From a virus (Duplodnaviria; Heunggongvirae; Uroviricota; Caudoviricetes), in IMG/VR virus record IMGVR_UViG_2706794685_000004: a stretch of 25,335 nt of DNA. One strand, given 5' to 3'. The notes under the pieces were generated by a model. It had not been told where the DNA came from and ran no database searches. It worked only from the letters and a program-made list of their open reading frames with translations. Shown one piece after another: positions 11,727-20,831 of this stretch. Made by a program: the position numbers and the translations under genes. The number at the start of each line of letters is the position of its first letter. Position 1 is the first letter of the stretch.

Positions 11727-14280
11727 ACCGGTAGGCGATCTGGTCGTTGATTTGAGTCTGGATGCGGCCAGATTTGACGAGCAGATGGCCAGAGTCAGGC
11801 GTCATTTTTCCGGTACGGAAAGTGATGCGAAAAAAACAGCGGCAGTCGTTGAACAGTCGCTGAGCCGACAGGCGCTGGCTGCACAGAAAGCGGGGATTTC
11901 CGTCGGGCAGTATAAAGCCGCCATGCGTATGCTGCCTGCACAGTTCACCGACGTGGCCACGCAGCTTGCAGGGGGGCAGAATCCCTGGCTGATCCTGCTG
12001 CAACAGGGTGGTCAGGTTAAGGACTCCTTCGGCGGGATGATCCCCATGTTCAGGGGGCTTGCCGGCGCGATCACCCTGCCGATGGTGGGGGCCACCTCGC
12101 TGGCGGTGGCGACCGGTGCGCTGGCGTATGCCTGGTATCAGGGCAACTCAACCCTGTCCGATTTCAACAAAACGCTGGTCCTTTCCGGTAATCAGGCGGG
12201 ACTGACGGCAGATCGTATGCTGGTCCTGTCCAGAGCCGGGCAGGCGGCAGGGCTGACGTTTAACCAGACCAGCGAGTCACTCAGCGCACTGGTTAAGGCG
12301 GGGGTAAGCGGTGAGGCTCAGATTGCGTCCATCAGCCAGAGTGTGGCGCGTTTCTCCTATGCATCCGGCGTGGAGGTGGACAAGGTCGCTGAAGCCTTCG
12401 GGAAGCTGACCACAGACCCGACGTCGGGGCTGACGGCGATGGCACGCCAGTTCCATAACGTGACGGCGGAGCAGATTGCGTATGTTGCTCAGTTGCAGCG
12501 TTCCGGCGATGAAGCCGGGGCATTGCAGGCGGCGAACGAGGCCGCAACGAAAGGGTTTGATGACCAGACCCGCCGCCTGAAAGAGAACATGGGCACGCTG
12601 GAGACCTGGGCAGACAGGACTGCACGTGCATTCAAATCCATGTGGGATGCGGTGCTGGATATTGGTCGTCCTGATACCGCGCAGGAGATGCTGATTAAGG
12701 CAGAGGCTGCGTTTAAGAAAGCAGACGACATCTGGAATCTGCGCAAGGATGATTATTTCGTTAACGATGAAGCACGGGCGCGTTACTGGGATGATCGTGA
12801 AAAAAAACGCCTGGAGCGGGATGCAGCCCAAAAGAGGGTAGATCAACAGCGTCAACAGGACAAAAATGCGCAGCAGCAGAGCGATACCGAAGCGTCACGG
12901 CTGAAATATACCGAAGAGGCGCAGAAGGCTTACGAACGGCTGCAGACGCCGCTGGAGAAATATACCGCCCGTCAGGAAGAACTGAACAAGGCACTGAAAG
13001 ACGGAAAAATCCTGCAGGCAGATTACAACACGCTGATGGCGGCGGCGAAAAAGGATTATGAAGCGACGCTGAAAAAGCCGAAACAGTCCGGCGTGAAGGT
13101 GTATGCGGGCGATCGTCAGGAAGACAGTGCTCATGCGGCCCTGCTGACGCTTCAGGCAGAACTCCGGACGCTGGAGAAGCATGCCGGAGCGAATGAGAAA
13201 ATCAGCCAGCAGCGCCGGGATTTGTGGAAGGCAGAAAGTCAGTTCGCGGTACTGGAGGAGGCGGCACAACGTCGCCAGCTGTCCGCACAGGAGAAATCCC
13301 TGCTGGCGCATAAAGACGAGACGCTGGAGTACAAACGCCAGCTGGCTGCACTTGGTGACAAGGTTACGTATCAGGAGCACCTGAATGCGCTGGCGCAGCA
13401 GGCGGATAAATTCGCACAGCAGCAACGGGCAAAACGGGCAGCCATTGATGCGAAAAACCGGGGGCTGACTGACCGGCAGGCAGCGCGGGAAGCCACGGAA
13501 CAGCGCCTGAAGGAACAGTATGGCGATAATCCTCTGGCGCTGAATAACGTCATGTCAGAGCAGAAAAAGACCTGGGCGGCTGAAGACCAGCTTCGCGGGA
13601 GCTGGATGGCAGGCCTGAAGTCCGGCTGGAGTGAGTGGGAAGAGAGCGCCACGGACAGTATGTCACAGGTTAAAAGTGCAGCCACGCAGACCTTTGATGG
13701 TATTGCACAGAATATGGCGGCGATGCTGACCGGCAGTGAACAGAACTGGCGCAGCTTCACCCGCTCCGTGCTGTCCATGATGACAGAAATTCTGCTTAAG
13801 CAGGCAATGGTGGGGATTGTCGGGAGTATCGGCAGCGCCATTGGCGGGGCTGTTGGTGGCGGCGCATCCGCGTCAGGTGGTACAGCCATTCAGGCCGCTG
13901 CGGTGAAATTCCATTTTGCAACCGGGGGATTTACGGGAACCGGCGGCAAATATGAGCCAGCGGGGATTGTTCACCGTGGTGAATTTGTCTTCACGAAGGA
14001 GGCAACCAGCCGGATTGGCGTGGGGAATCTCTACCGGCTGATGCGCGGCTATGCGGAAGGTGGTTATGTGGGCGGTGCCGGAAGTCCGGCGCAGATGCGG
14101 CGGGCTGAAGGCATTAATTTTAATCAGAACAATCACGTGGTGATTCAGAACGACGGTACGAATGGTCTGCCAGGTCCACAGATGATGAAGGCCGTGTATG
14201 ACATGGCCCGCAAGGGTGCCCGTGATGAAATTCAGACACAGATGCGTGATGGTGGCCTGTTCTCCGGAGGTGGACGATGA
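11719..14280 (+). CDS. H: tail tape measure protein H
   Basis: 853 aa MAEPVGDLVVDLSLDAARFDEQMARVRRHFSG, same length as lambda gpH. Long helical/coiled-coil middle and Gly-rich C-terminus. Confidence 0.95.
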   Translation: MAEPVGDLVVDLSLDAARFDEQMARVRRHFSGTESDAKKTAAVVEQSLSRQALAAQKAGISVGQYKAAMRMLPAQFTDVATQLAGGQNPWLILLQQGGQVKDSFGGMIPMFRGLAGAITLPMVGATSLAVATGALAYAWYQGNSTLSDFNKTLVLSGNQAGLTADRMLVLSRAGQAAGLTFNQTSESLSALVKAGVSGEAQIASISQSVARFSYASGVEVDKVAEAFGKLTTDPTSGLTAMARQFHNVTAEQIAYVAQLQRSGDEAGALQAANEAATKGFDDQTRRLKENMGTLETWADRTARAFKSMWDAVLDIGRPDTAQEMLIKAEAAFKKADDIWNLRKDDYFVNDEARARYWDDREKKRLERDAAQKRVDQQRQQDKNAQQQSDTEASRLKYTEEAQKAYERLQTPLEKYTARQEELNKALKDGKILQADYNTLMAAAKKDYEATLKKPKQSGVKVYAGDRQEDSAHAALLTLQAELRTLEKHAGANEKISQQRRDLWKAESQFAVLEEAAQRRQLSAQEKSLLAHKDETLEYKRQLAALGDKVTYQEHLNALAQQADKFAQQQRAKRAAIDAKNRGLTDRQAAREATEQRLKEQYGDNPLALNNVMSEQKKTWAAEDQLRGSWMAGLKSGWSEWEESATDSMSQVKSAATQTFDGIAQNMAAMLTGSEQNWRSFTRSVLSMMTEILLKQAMVGIVGSIGSAIGGAVGGGASASGGTAIQAAAVKFHFATGGFTGTGGKYEPAGIVHRGEFVFTKEATSRIGVGNLYRLMRGYAEGGYVGGAGSPAQMRRAEGINFNQNNHVVIQNDGTNGLPGPQMMKAVYDMARKGARDEIQTQMRDGGLFSGGGR

Positions 14281-14606
14281 AAACCTTCCGCTGGAAAGTG
14301 AAACCCGGTATGGATGTGGCTTCGGCCCCTTCTGTAAGAAAGGTGCGCTTTGGTGATGGCTATTCCCAGCGAGCGCCTGCCGGGCTGAATGCCAACCTGA
14401 AAACGTACAGCGTGACGCTTTCTGTCCCCCGTGAGGAGGCCATGGTACTGGAGTCGTTTCTGGAAGAGCACGGGGGCTGGAAAGCCTTTCTGTGGACGCC
14501 GCCTTATGAGTGGCGGCAGATAAAGGTGACCTGCGCAAAATGGTCGTCGCGGGTCAGTATGCTGCGTGTTGAGTTCAGCGCAGAGTTTGAACAGGTGGTG
14601 AACTGA
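14277..14606 (+). CDS. M: tail tip assembly protein M
   Basis: 109 aa MKTFRWKVKPGMDVASAPSVRKVRFGDGYSQRAPAGLN, matching lambda gpM. ATGA overlap with the H stop. Confidence 0.93.
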   Translation: MKTFRWKVKPGMDVASAPSVRKVRFGDGYSQRAPAGLNANLKTYSVTLSVPREEAMVLESFLEEHGGWKAFLWTPPYEWRQIKVTCAKWSSRVSMLRVEFSAEFEQVVN

Positions 14607-15304
14607 TGCAGGATATCCGGCAGGAAACACTGAATGAATGCACCCGTGCGGAGCAGTCGGCCAGCGTGGTGCTCTGGGAAATCGATCTGACAGAGGTCGG
14701 TGGAGAACGTTATTTTTTCTGTAATGAGCAGAACGAAAAAGGTGAGCCGGTCACCTGGCAGGGGCGACAGTATCAGCCGTATCCCATTCAGGGGAGTGGT
14801 TTTGAACTGAATGGCAAAGGCACCAGTACGCGCCCCACGCTGATGGTTTCTAACCTGTACGGTATGGTCACCGGGATGGCGGAAGATCTACAGAGTCTGG
14901 TCGGCGGAACGGTGGTCCGGCGTAAGGTTTACGCCCGTTTTCTGGATGCGGTGAACTTCGTCAACGGAAACAGTGACGCCGATCCGGAGCAGGAGGTGAT
15001 CAGCCGCTGGCGCATTGAGCAGTGCAGCGAACTGAGCGCGGTGAGTGCCTCTTTTGTACTGTCCACGCCGACGGAAACAGATGGCGCTGTTTTTCCGGGA
15101 CGTATCATGCTGGCCAACACCTGCACCTGGACCTATCGCGGCGATGAGTGCGGTTATCACGGTCCGGCGGTCGCGGATGAATATGACCAGCCAACGTCCG
15201 ACATCACGAAGGATAAATGCAGCAAATGCCTGAGTGGCTGTAAGTTTCGCAATAACGTCGGCAACTTTGGCGGCTTCCTTTCCATTAACAAACTTTCGCA
15301 GTAA
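14606..15304 (+). CDS. L: tail tip protein L
   Basis: 232 aa MQDIRQETLNECTRAEQSASVVLWEIDLTEVGGERYFF, matching lambda gpL. C-terminal Cys cluster (CSKCLSGCKF). TGATG overlap with M. Confidence 0.93.
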   Translation: MQDIRQETLNECTRAEQSASVVLWEIDLTEVGGERYFFCNEQNEKGEPVTWQGRQYQPYPIQGSGFELNGKGTSTRPTLMVSNLYGMVTGMAEDLQSLVGGTVVRRKVYARFLDAVNFVNGNSDADPEQEVISRWRIEQCSELSAVSASFVLSTPTETDGAVFPGRIMLANTCTWTYRGDECGYHGPAVADEYDQPTSDITKDKCSKCLSGCKFRNNVGNFGGFLSINKLSQ

Positions 15305-15309
15305 ATCCC

Positions 15310-16053
15310 ATGACAGAGACAGAATCAGCGATTCTGGCGCACGCCCGGCGATGTGCTCCAGCGGAGTCGTGCGGCTTCGTGGTAAGAACGCCGGAGGGGG
15401 AAAGATATTTCCCCTGCGTGAATATCTCCGGTGAGCCGGAGGCGTATTTCCGTATGTCGCCGGAAGACTGGCTGCAGGCAGAGATGCAGGGTGAGATTGT
15501 GGCACTGGTCCACAGCCACCCCGGTGGTCTGCCCTGGCTGAGTGAGGCCGACCGGCGGCTGCAGGTGCAGAGTGATTTGCCGTGGTGGCTGGTCTGCCGG
15601 GGGGCGATTCACAAGTTCCGCTGTGTGCCACATCTTACCGGGCGGCGCTTTGAGCACGGGGTGACGGACTGTTACACGCTGTTCCGGGATGCTTACCATC
15701 TGGCGGGGATTGAGATGCCGGATTTTCATCGTGAGGATGACTGGTGGCGTCACGGTCAGAATCTCTATCTGGATAATCTGGAGGCCACAGGGCTGTATCA
15801 GGTGCCGTTGTCAGCGGCGCAGCCGGGCGATGTGCTGCTGTGCTGTTTTGGTTCATCGGTGCCGAATCATGCCGCCATTTACTGTGGTGACGGCGAGCTG
15901 CTGCACCATATTCCTGAACAACTGAGCAAACGAGAGAGGTATACCGACAAATGGCAGCGACGCACACACTCCCTCTGGCGTCACCGGGCATGGCACGCAT
16001 CTGCCTTTACGGGGATTTGCAACGATTTGGCCGCCGCATCGACCTTCGTGTGA
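15310..16053 (+). CDS. K: tail tip assembly protein K (JAMM/MPN-like plus NlpC/P60-like); the lambda-annotated 199 aa form would start at 15454
   Basis: 247 aa ORF carrying HSHPGGLPWLSEAD (an HxH-x7-S-xx-D JAMM-type motif). The internal ATG at 15454 has GGAGG 11 nt upstream and gives the 199 aa length I recall for lambda gpK. Overlaps I by 103 nt. Confidence 0.88.
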   Translation: MTETESAILAHARRCAPAESCGFVVRTPEGERYFPCVNISGEPEAYFRMSPEDWLQAEMQGEIVALVHSHPGGLPWLSEADRRLQVQSDLPWWLVCRGAIHKFRCVPHLTGRRFEHGVTDCYTLFRDAYHLAGIEMPDFHREDDWWRHGQNLYLDNLEATGLYQVPLSAAQPGDVLLCCFGSSVPNHAAIYCGDGELLHHIPEQLSKRERYTDKWQRRTHSLWRHRAWHASAFTGICNDLAAASTFV

Positions 16054-16622
16054 AAACGGGTGCCGAAGCCATCCGGGCGATGGCCACACAGCTCCCTGCG
16101 TTTCGTCAGAAGCTGAGCGACGGCTGGTATCAGGTGCGTATTGCCGGGCAGGATGTTAGCACGTCCGGATTAACGGCACAGTTACATGAGGCTCTGCCTG
16201 ACGGCGCTGTGATTCATATTGTTCCCAGAGTCGCCGGGGCCAAGTCAGGTGGTGTATTCCAGATTGTCCTGGGAGCAGCCGCCATTGCCGGATCATTCTT
16301 TACCGCCGGAGCCACCCTTGCAGCATGGGGGGCTGCCATTGGTGCCGGTGGTATGACCGGCATTCTGTTTTCTCTCGGTGCCAGTATGGTGCTCGGCGGT
16401 GTGGCTCAGATGCTGGCACCGAAAGCCAGAACTCCCCGCACACAGACAACGGATAACGGTAAGCAGAACACCTATTTCTCCTCACTGGATAACATGGTTG
16501 CCCAGGGCAATGTTATGCCTGTTCTGTATGGTGAAATGCGCGTGGGGTCACGTGTGGTATCTCAGGAGATCAGCACGGCAGACGAAGGGGACGGTGGTCA
16601 GGTTGTGGTGATTGGTCGCTGA
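15951..16622 (+). CDS. I: tail tip assembly protein I
   Basis: 223 aa MAATHTLPLASPGMARICLYGDLQRFGRRIDLRVKTGAEAIRAMATQLPAFRQKL, matching lambda gpI in length and sequence. Confidence 0.9.
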   Translation: MAATHTLPLASPGMARICLYGDLQRFGRRIDLRVKTGAEAIRAMATQLPAFRQKLSDGWYQVRIAGQDVSTSGLTAQLHEALPDGAVIHIVPRVAGAKSGGVFQIVLGAAAIAGSFFTAGATLAAWGAAIGAGGMTGILFSLGASMVLGGVAQMLAPKARTPRTQTTDNGKQNTYFSSLDNMVAQGNVMPVLYGEMRVGSRVVSQEISTADEGDGGQVVVIGR

Positions 16623-16682
16623 TGCAAAATGTTTTATGTGAAATCGCCTCCGGGCGGTTTTATCGTTTATGGAGCATGACGA

Positions 16683-19600
16683 ATGGGTAAAGGCAGCAGT
16701 AAGGGGCATACCCCGCGCGAAGCGAAGGACAACCTGAAGTCCACGCAGCTGCTGAGTGTGATCGATGCCATCAGCGAAGGGCCGGTTGAAGGTCCGGTGG
16801 ATGGATTAAAAAGCGTGCTGCTGAACAGTACGCCGGTGCTGGACAGTGAGGGGAATACCAACATCTCCGGCGTCACGGTGGTGTTCCGGGCAGGTGAGCA
16901 GGAGCAGTCACCGCCGGAGGGATTTGAATCCTCCGGCTCCGAGACGGTGCTGGGTACGGAAGTGAAATATGACACGCCGATCACCCGGACCATCACGTCG
17001 GCAAACATTGACCGACTGCGTTTTACCTTCGGTGTACAGGCACTGGTGGAAACCACCTCAAAGGGAGACAGGAATCCGTCTGAAGTTCGCCTGCTGGTTC
17101 AGATACAGCGTAACGGTGGCTGGGTGACGGAAAAAGACATCACCATTAAGGGCAAAACCACCTCGCAGTATCTGGCCTCGGTGGTGGTGGATAACCTGCC
17201 GCCGCGCCCGTTTAATATCCGGATGCGCAGAATGACGCCGGACAGCACCACAGACCAGCTGCAGAACAAAACGCTCTGGTCGTCATACACCGAAATCATC
17301 GATGTGAAACAGTGCTACCCGAACACGGCACTGGTCGGCGTACAGGTGGATTCGGAGCAGTTCGGCAGCCAGCAGGTGAGCCGTAATTATCATCTTCGCG
17401 GGCGCATTCTGCAGGTGCCGTCGAACTATAATCCGCAGACGCGGCAATACAGCGGTATCTGGGACGGAACGTTAAAACCGGCATACAGCAACAACATGGC
17501 CTGGTGTCTGTGGGATATGCTGACCCATCCGCGCTATGGCATGGGGAAACGTCTTGGTGCGGCAGATGTGGATAAATGGGCGCTGTATGTCATCGGCCAG
17601 TACTGTGACCAGTCGGTGCCGGACGGCTTTGGCAGCACGGAGCCGCGCATCACCTGTAATGCCTGGCTGACCACACAGCGCAAGGCGTGGGATGTGCTCA
17701 GTGATTTCTGCTCGGCGATGCGCTGTATGCCGGTATGGAACGGGCAGACGCTGACGTTCGTGCAGGACCGACAGTCGGATAAGGTGTGGGCCTATAACCG
17801 CAGTAATGTGGTGATGCCGGATGATGGCGCGCCGTTCCGCTACAGTTTCAGCGCCCTGAAAGACCGCCATAATGCCGTTGAGGTGAACTGGATTGACCCG
17901 GATAACGGCTGGGAGACGGCGACAGAGCTTGTGGAGGATACGCAGGCCATTGTCCGTTACGGTCGTAACGTCACGAAGATGGATGCCTTTGGCTGTACCA
18001 GCCGGGGGCAGGCACACCGCGCCGGGCTGTGGCTGATTAAAACGGAACTGCTGGAGACGCAGACCGTGGATTTCAGCGTGGGTGCTGAAGGGCTTCGTCA
18101 TGTACCGGGCGATGTCATTGAAATCTGCGATGATGACTATGCCGGTATCCGCACCGGCGGGCGCGTGCTGGCGGTGAACAGCCAGACCCGGACGCTGACG
18201 CTCGACCGTGAAATCACGCTGCCATCCTCCGGCACCACGCTGATAAGCCTGGTTGACGGGCAGGGGAATCCGGTCAGCGTGGAGGTCCAGTCCGTCACCG
18301 ACGGCGTGAAGGTAAAAGTGAGCCGTGTTCCTGACGGTGTTGCTGAATACAGCGTGTGGGGGCTGAAGCTGCCGACGCTGCACCAGCGATTGTTCCGCTG
18401 CGTGAGTATCCGTGAGAACGACGACGGCACGTATGCCATCACCGCCGTGCAGCATGTGCCGGAAAAAGAAGCCATCGTGGATAACGGGGCGCACTTTGAC
18501 GGCGACCAGAGCGGCACGGTGAATGGTGTCACGCCGCCAGCGGTGCAGCACCTGACTGCCGAAGTCACCGCAGACAGCGGGGAATATCAGGTGCTGGCGC
18601 GCTGGGACACGCCGAAGGTGGTGAAGGGCGTGAGCTTCCTGCTCCGTCTGACCGTAACAGCGGATGACGGCAGTGAGCGGCTGGTCAGCACGGCCCGGAC
18701 GACGGAAACCACTTACCGCTTCACACAACTGGCGCTGGGGAACTACAGGCTGACAGTCCGGGCAGTAAATGCGTGGGGGCAGCAGGGCGATCCGGCGTCG
18801 GTATCGTTCCGGATTGCCGCACCGGCAGCGCTGTCGCGGATTGAGCTGACGCCGGGCTATTTTCAGATAACCGCCACGCCGCATCTTGCGGTTTATGATC
18901 CGACGGTACAGTTTGAGTTCTGGTTCTCGGAAAAGCGGATTGCGGATATCAGGCAGGTTGAAACCACAGCACGCTATCTTGGCACGGCGCTGTACTGGAT
19001 AGCCGCCAGTATCAATATCAAACCGGGCCATGATTATTACTTTTATATCCGCAGTGTGAACACCGTTGGCAAATCGGCATTCGTGGAGGCTGTTGGTCAG
19101 CCGAGTGATGATGCATCCGGTTATCTGGATTTTTTCAAAGGCGAGATAGGGAAAACCCATCTGGCTCAGGAGCTGTGGACGCAGATTGATAACGGTCAGC
19201 TTGCGCCTGACCTGGCTGAAATCAGGACGTCCATTACGGATGTCAGCAATGAAATCACGCAGACCGTCAATAAGAAACTGGAAGACCAGAGTGCGGCAAT
19301 TCAGCAGATACAGAAGGTTCAGGTTGATACAAATAATAACCTGAACAGCATGTGGGCTGTGAAGCTGCAGCAGATGCAGGACGGACGCCTTTATATCGCG
19401 GGTATTGGTGCCGGTATTGAGAACACCCCTGACGGCATGCAGAGTCAGGTGCTGCTGGCGGCGGACAGGATTGCGATGGTTAATCCTGCGAATGGCAACA
19501 CAAAACCGATGTTTGTTGGTCAGGGCGATCAGATATTCATGAACGACGTGTTCCTGAAACGCCTGACGGCCCCCACCATTACCAGCGGTGGAAATCCATC

Positions 19601-20180
19601 GGCATTTTCCCTGACTCCGGACGGAAAGCTGACCGCTAAAAATGCGGATATCAGTGGCAGTGTGAATGCGAACGCCGGGACGCTCAACAATGTCACGGTA
19701 AATGAAAACTGTACGATTAAGGGCATGCTGGAGGCGACTCAGGTCAGAGGTGACTTCGTTAAAGCTGTATCCAAATCATTTCCGAAACAGGCTGGTACGT
19801 GGGGTAACACGGAAACACCAAACGGGACGGTTACAGTCACCATAAGCGATGATCATAACTTTGACCGCCAGATTATTATTCCGCCCATTATTTTTAACGG
19901 TATAGCGTATGACGATCCGGGGAGCGGAAATAACCCAGGAGGCACGCGATACACGGGTTATGGTTTTGAAGTTCGCAAAAACGGCGTATTAATCGCATCC
20001 AGAGAAACTAAAGGTGCCATTCCCGGTAGTTACAGTGCAGTTATTGATATGCCTAGTGGTGGTGGTAGCGTCACTCTGGAGTTTAAGATTTTCCAGAAAG
20101 GCAATCAGGGGGCAGGCAATATCACCGACTGTACGGTGATTGTGACCAAAAAAGCGGCTTCCGGCATCAGTATTCGTTGA
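16683..20180 (+). CDS. J: central tail fibre / host specificity protein J (C-terminal receptor-binding part divergent from lambda)
   Basis: 1165 aa ORF. The N-terminal roughly 1000 residues ([37 protein letters not shown]...) match lambda gpJ. The product is 33 aa longer than lambda J (1132 aa) and the last ~150 residues differ from the lambda C-terminus as I recall it. Confidence 0.93.
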   Translation: MGKGSSKGHTPREAKDNLKSTQLLSVIDAISEGPVEGPVDGLKSVLLNSTPVLDSEGNTNISGVTVVFRAGEQEQSPPEGFESSGSETVLGTEVKYDTPITRTITSANIDRLRFTFGVQALVETTSKGDRNPSEVRLLVQIQRNGGWVTEKDITIKGKTTSQYLASVVVDNLPPRPFNIRMRRMTPDSTTDQLQNKTLWSSYTEIIDVKQCYPNTALVGVQVDSEQFGSQQVSRNYHLRGRILQVPSNYNPQTRQYSGIWDGTLKPAYSNNMAWCLWDMLTHPRYGMGKRLGAADVDKWALYVIGQYCDQSVPDGFGSTEPRITCNAWLTTQRKAWDVLSDFCSAMRCMPVWNGQTLTFVQDRQSDKVWAYNRSNVVMPDDGAPFRYSFSALKDRHNAVEVNWIDPDNGWETATELVEDTQAIVRYGRNVTKMDAFGCTSRGQAHRAGLWLIKTELLETQTVDFSVGAEGLRHVPGDVIEICDDDYAGIRTGGRVLAVNSQTRTLTLDREITLPSSGTTLISLVDGQGNPVSVEVQSVTDGVKVKVSRVPDGVAEYSVWGLKLPTLHQRLFRCVSIRENDDGTYAITAVQHVPEKEAIVDNGAHFDGDQSGTVNGVTPPAVQHLTAEVTADSGEYQVLARWDTPKVVKGVSFLLRLTVTADDGSERLVSTARTTETTYRFTQLALGNYRLTVRAVNAWGQQGDPASVSFRIAAPAALSRIELTPGYFQITATPHLAVYDPTVQFEFWFSEKRIADIRQVETTARYLGTALYWIAASINIKPGHDYYFYIRSVNTVGKSAFVEAVGQPSDDASGYLDFFKGEIGKTHLAQELWTQIDNGQLAPDLAEIRTSITDVSNEITQTVNKKLEDQSAAIQQIQKVQVDTNNNLNSMWAVKLQQMQDGRLYIAGIGAGIENTPDGMQSQVLLAADRIAMVNPANGNTKPMFVGQGDQIFMNDVFLKRLTAPTITSGGNPSAFSLTPDGKLTAKNADISGSVNANAGTLNNVTVNENCTIKGMLEATQVRGDFVKAVSKSFPKQAGTWGNTETPNGTVTVTISDDHNFDRQIIIPPIIFNGIAYDDPGSGNNPGGTRYTGYGFEVRKNGVLIASRETKGAIPGSYSAVIDMPSGGGSVTLEFKIFQKGNQGAGNITDCTVIVTKKAASGISIR

Positions 20181-20202
20181 AATATTTATAACCCCAATAA
20201 AT

Positions 20203-20227
20203 GGCGTCAGGAATGACGCCTTTTTTA
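20203..20227 (+). terminator. putative intrinsic terminator between J and lom
   Basis: GGCGTCA-GGAA-TGACGCC hairpin (7 bp stem, 4 nt loop) followed by TTTTTTA. Confidence 0.6.
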
Positions 20228-20250
20228 TTGCAGAAAAGCGAGAGGTAATT

Positions 20251-20733
20251 ATGCGTAAAGTTTGTGCAGCCATTTTGTCCGCAGCCATTTGCCTGGCCGT
20301 ATCCGGTGCGCCTGCATGGGCGTCTGAACATCAGTCCACGCTGAGCGCGGGGTATCTTCATGCCCGGACCAACGTTCCCGGCAGTGATGATCTGAACGGG
20401 ATTAACGTGAAATACCGTTATGAGTTTACGGATACGCTGGGGCTGGTGACGTCATTCAGCTATGCAGGAGACAAGAATCGCCAGCTGACCCGTTACAGCG
20501 ATACCCGCTGGCATGAAGATTCCGTGCGTAACCGCTGGTTCAGCGTGATGGCGGGGCCGTCTGTGCGCGTGAATGAATGGTTCAGCGCGTATGCGATGGC
20601 GGGTGTGGCTTACAGCCGTGTGTCGACTTTTTCCGGGGATTATATCCGCGTAACTGACAATAAGGGGAAAACGCACGATGTGCTGACCGGAAGTGATGAC
20701 GGTCGCCACAGCAACACGTCTCTGGCGCACTGA
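20251..20733 (+). pseudogene. lom: lom-like outer membrane protein (Ail/Lom/PagC family), 3' frameshift or truncation
   Basis: 160 aa ORF with a signal peptide (MRKVCAAILSAAICLAVSGAPAWA) and a GINVKYRYE motif. It stops at ...SNTSLAH, while the expected family C-terminus TDGFIVGVGYKF-stop is encoded in the +1 frame at 20729-20767. Confidence 0.7.
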
Positions 20734-20793
20734 CGGTTTCATCGTGGGTGTCGGTTATAAATTCTGATTAGCCAGGTAACACAGTGTTATGAC

Positions 20794-20820
20794 AGCCCGC
20801 CGGTTCAGGCGGGCTTTTTT
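20794..20820 (+). terminator. putative intrinsic terminator between lom and stf
   Basis: AGCCCGCC-GGTTCA-GGCGGGCT hairpin (8 bp GC-rich stem) followed by TTTTTT, ending 11 nt before the stf start. Confidence 0.65.
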
Positions 20821-20831
20821 GTGGGGTGAAT

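Noticed and set aside
17472-19160. 562 aa ORF on the minus strand inside J
   Set aside because: Fully antisense to the well-supported J gene. Long antisense ORFs are expected in GC-rich coding sequence with strong codon bias, and the product is Arg/Pro/Gly-rich and not protein-like.
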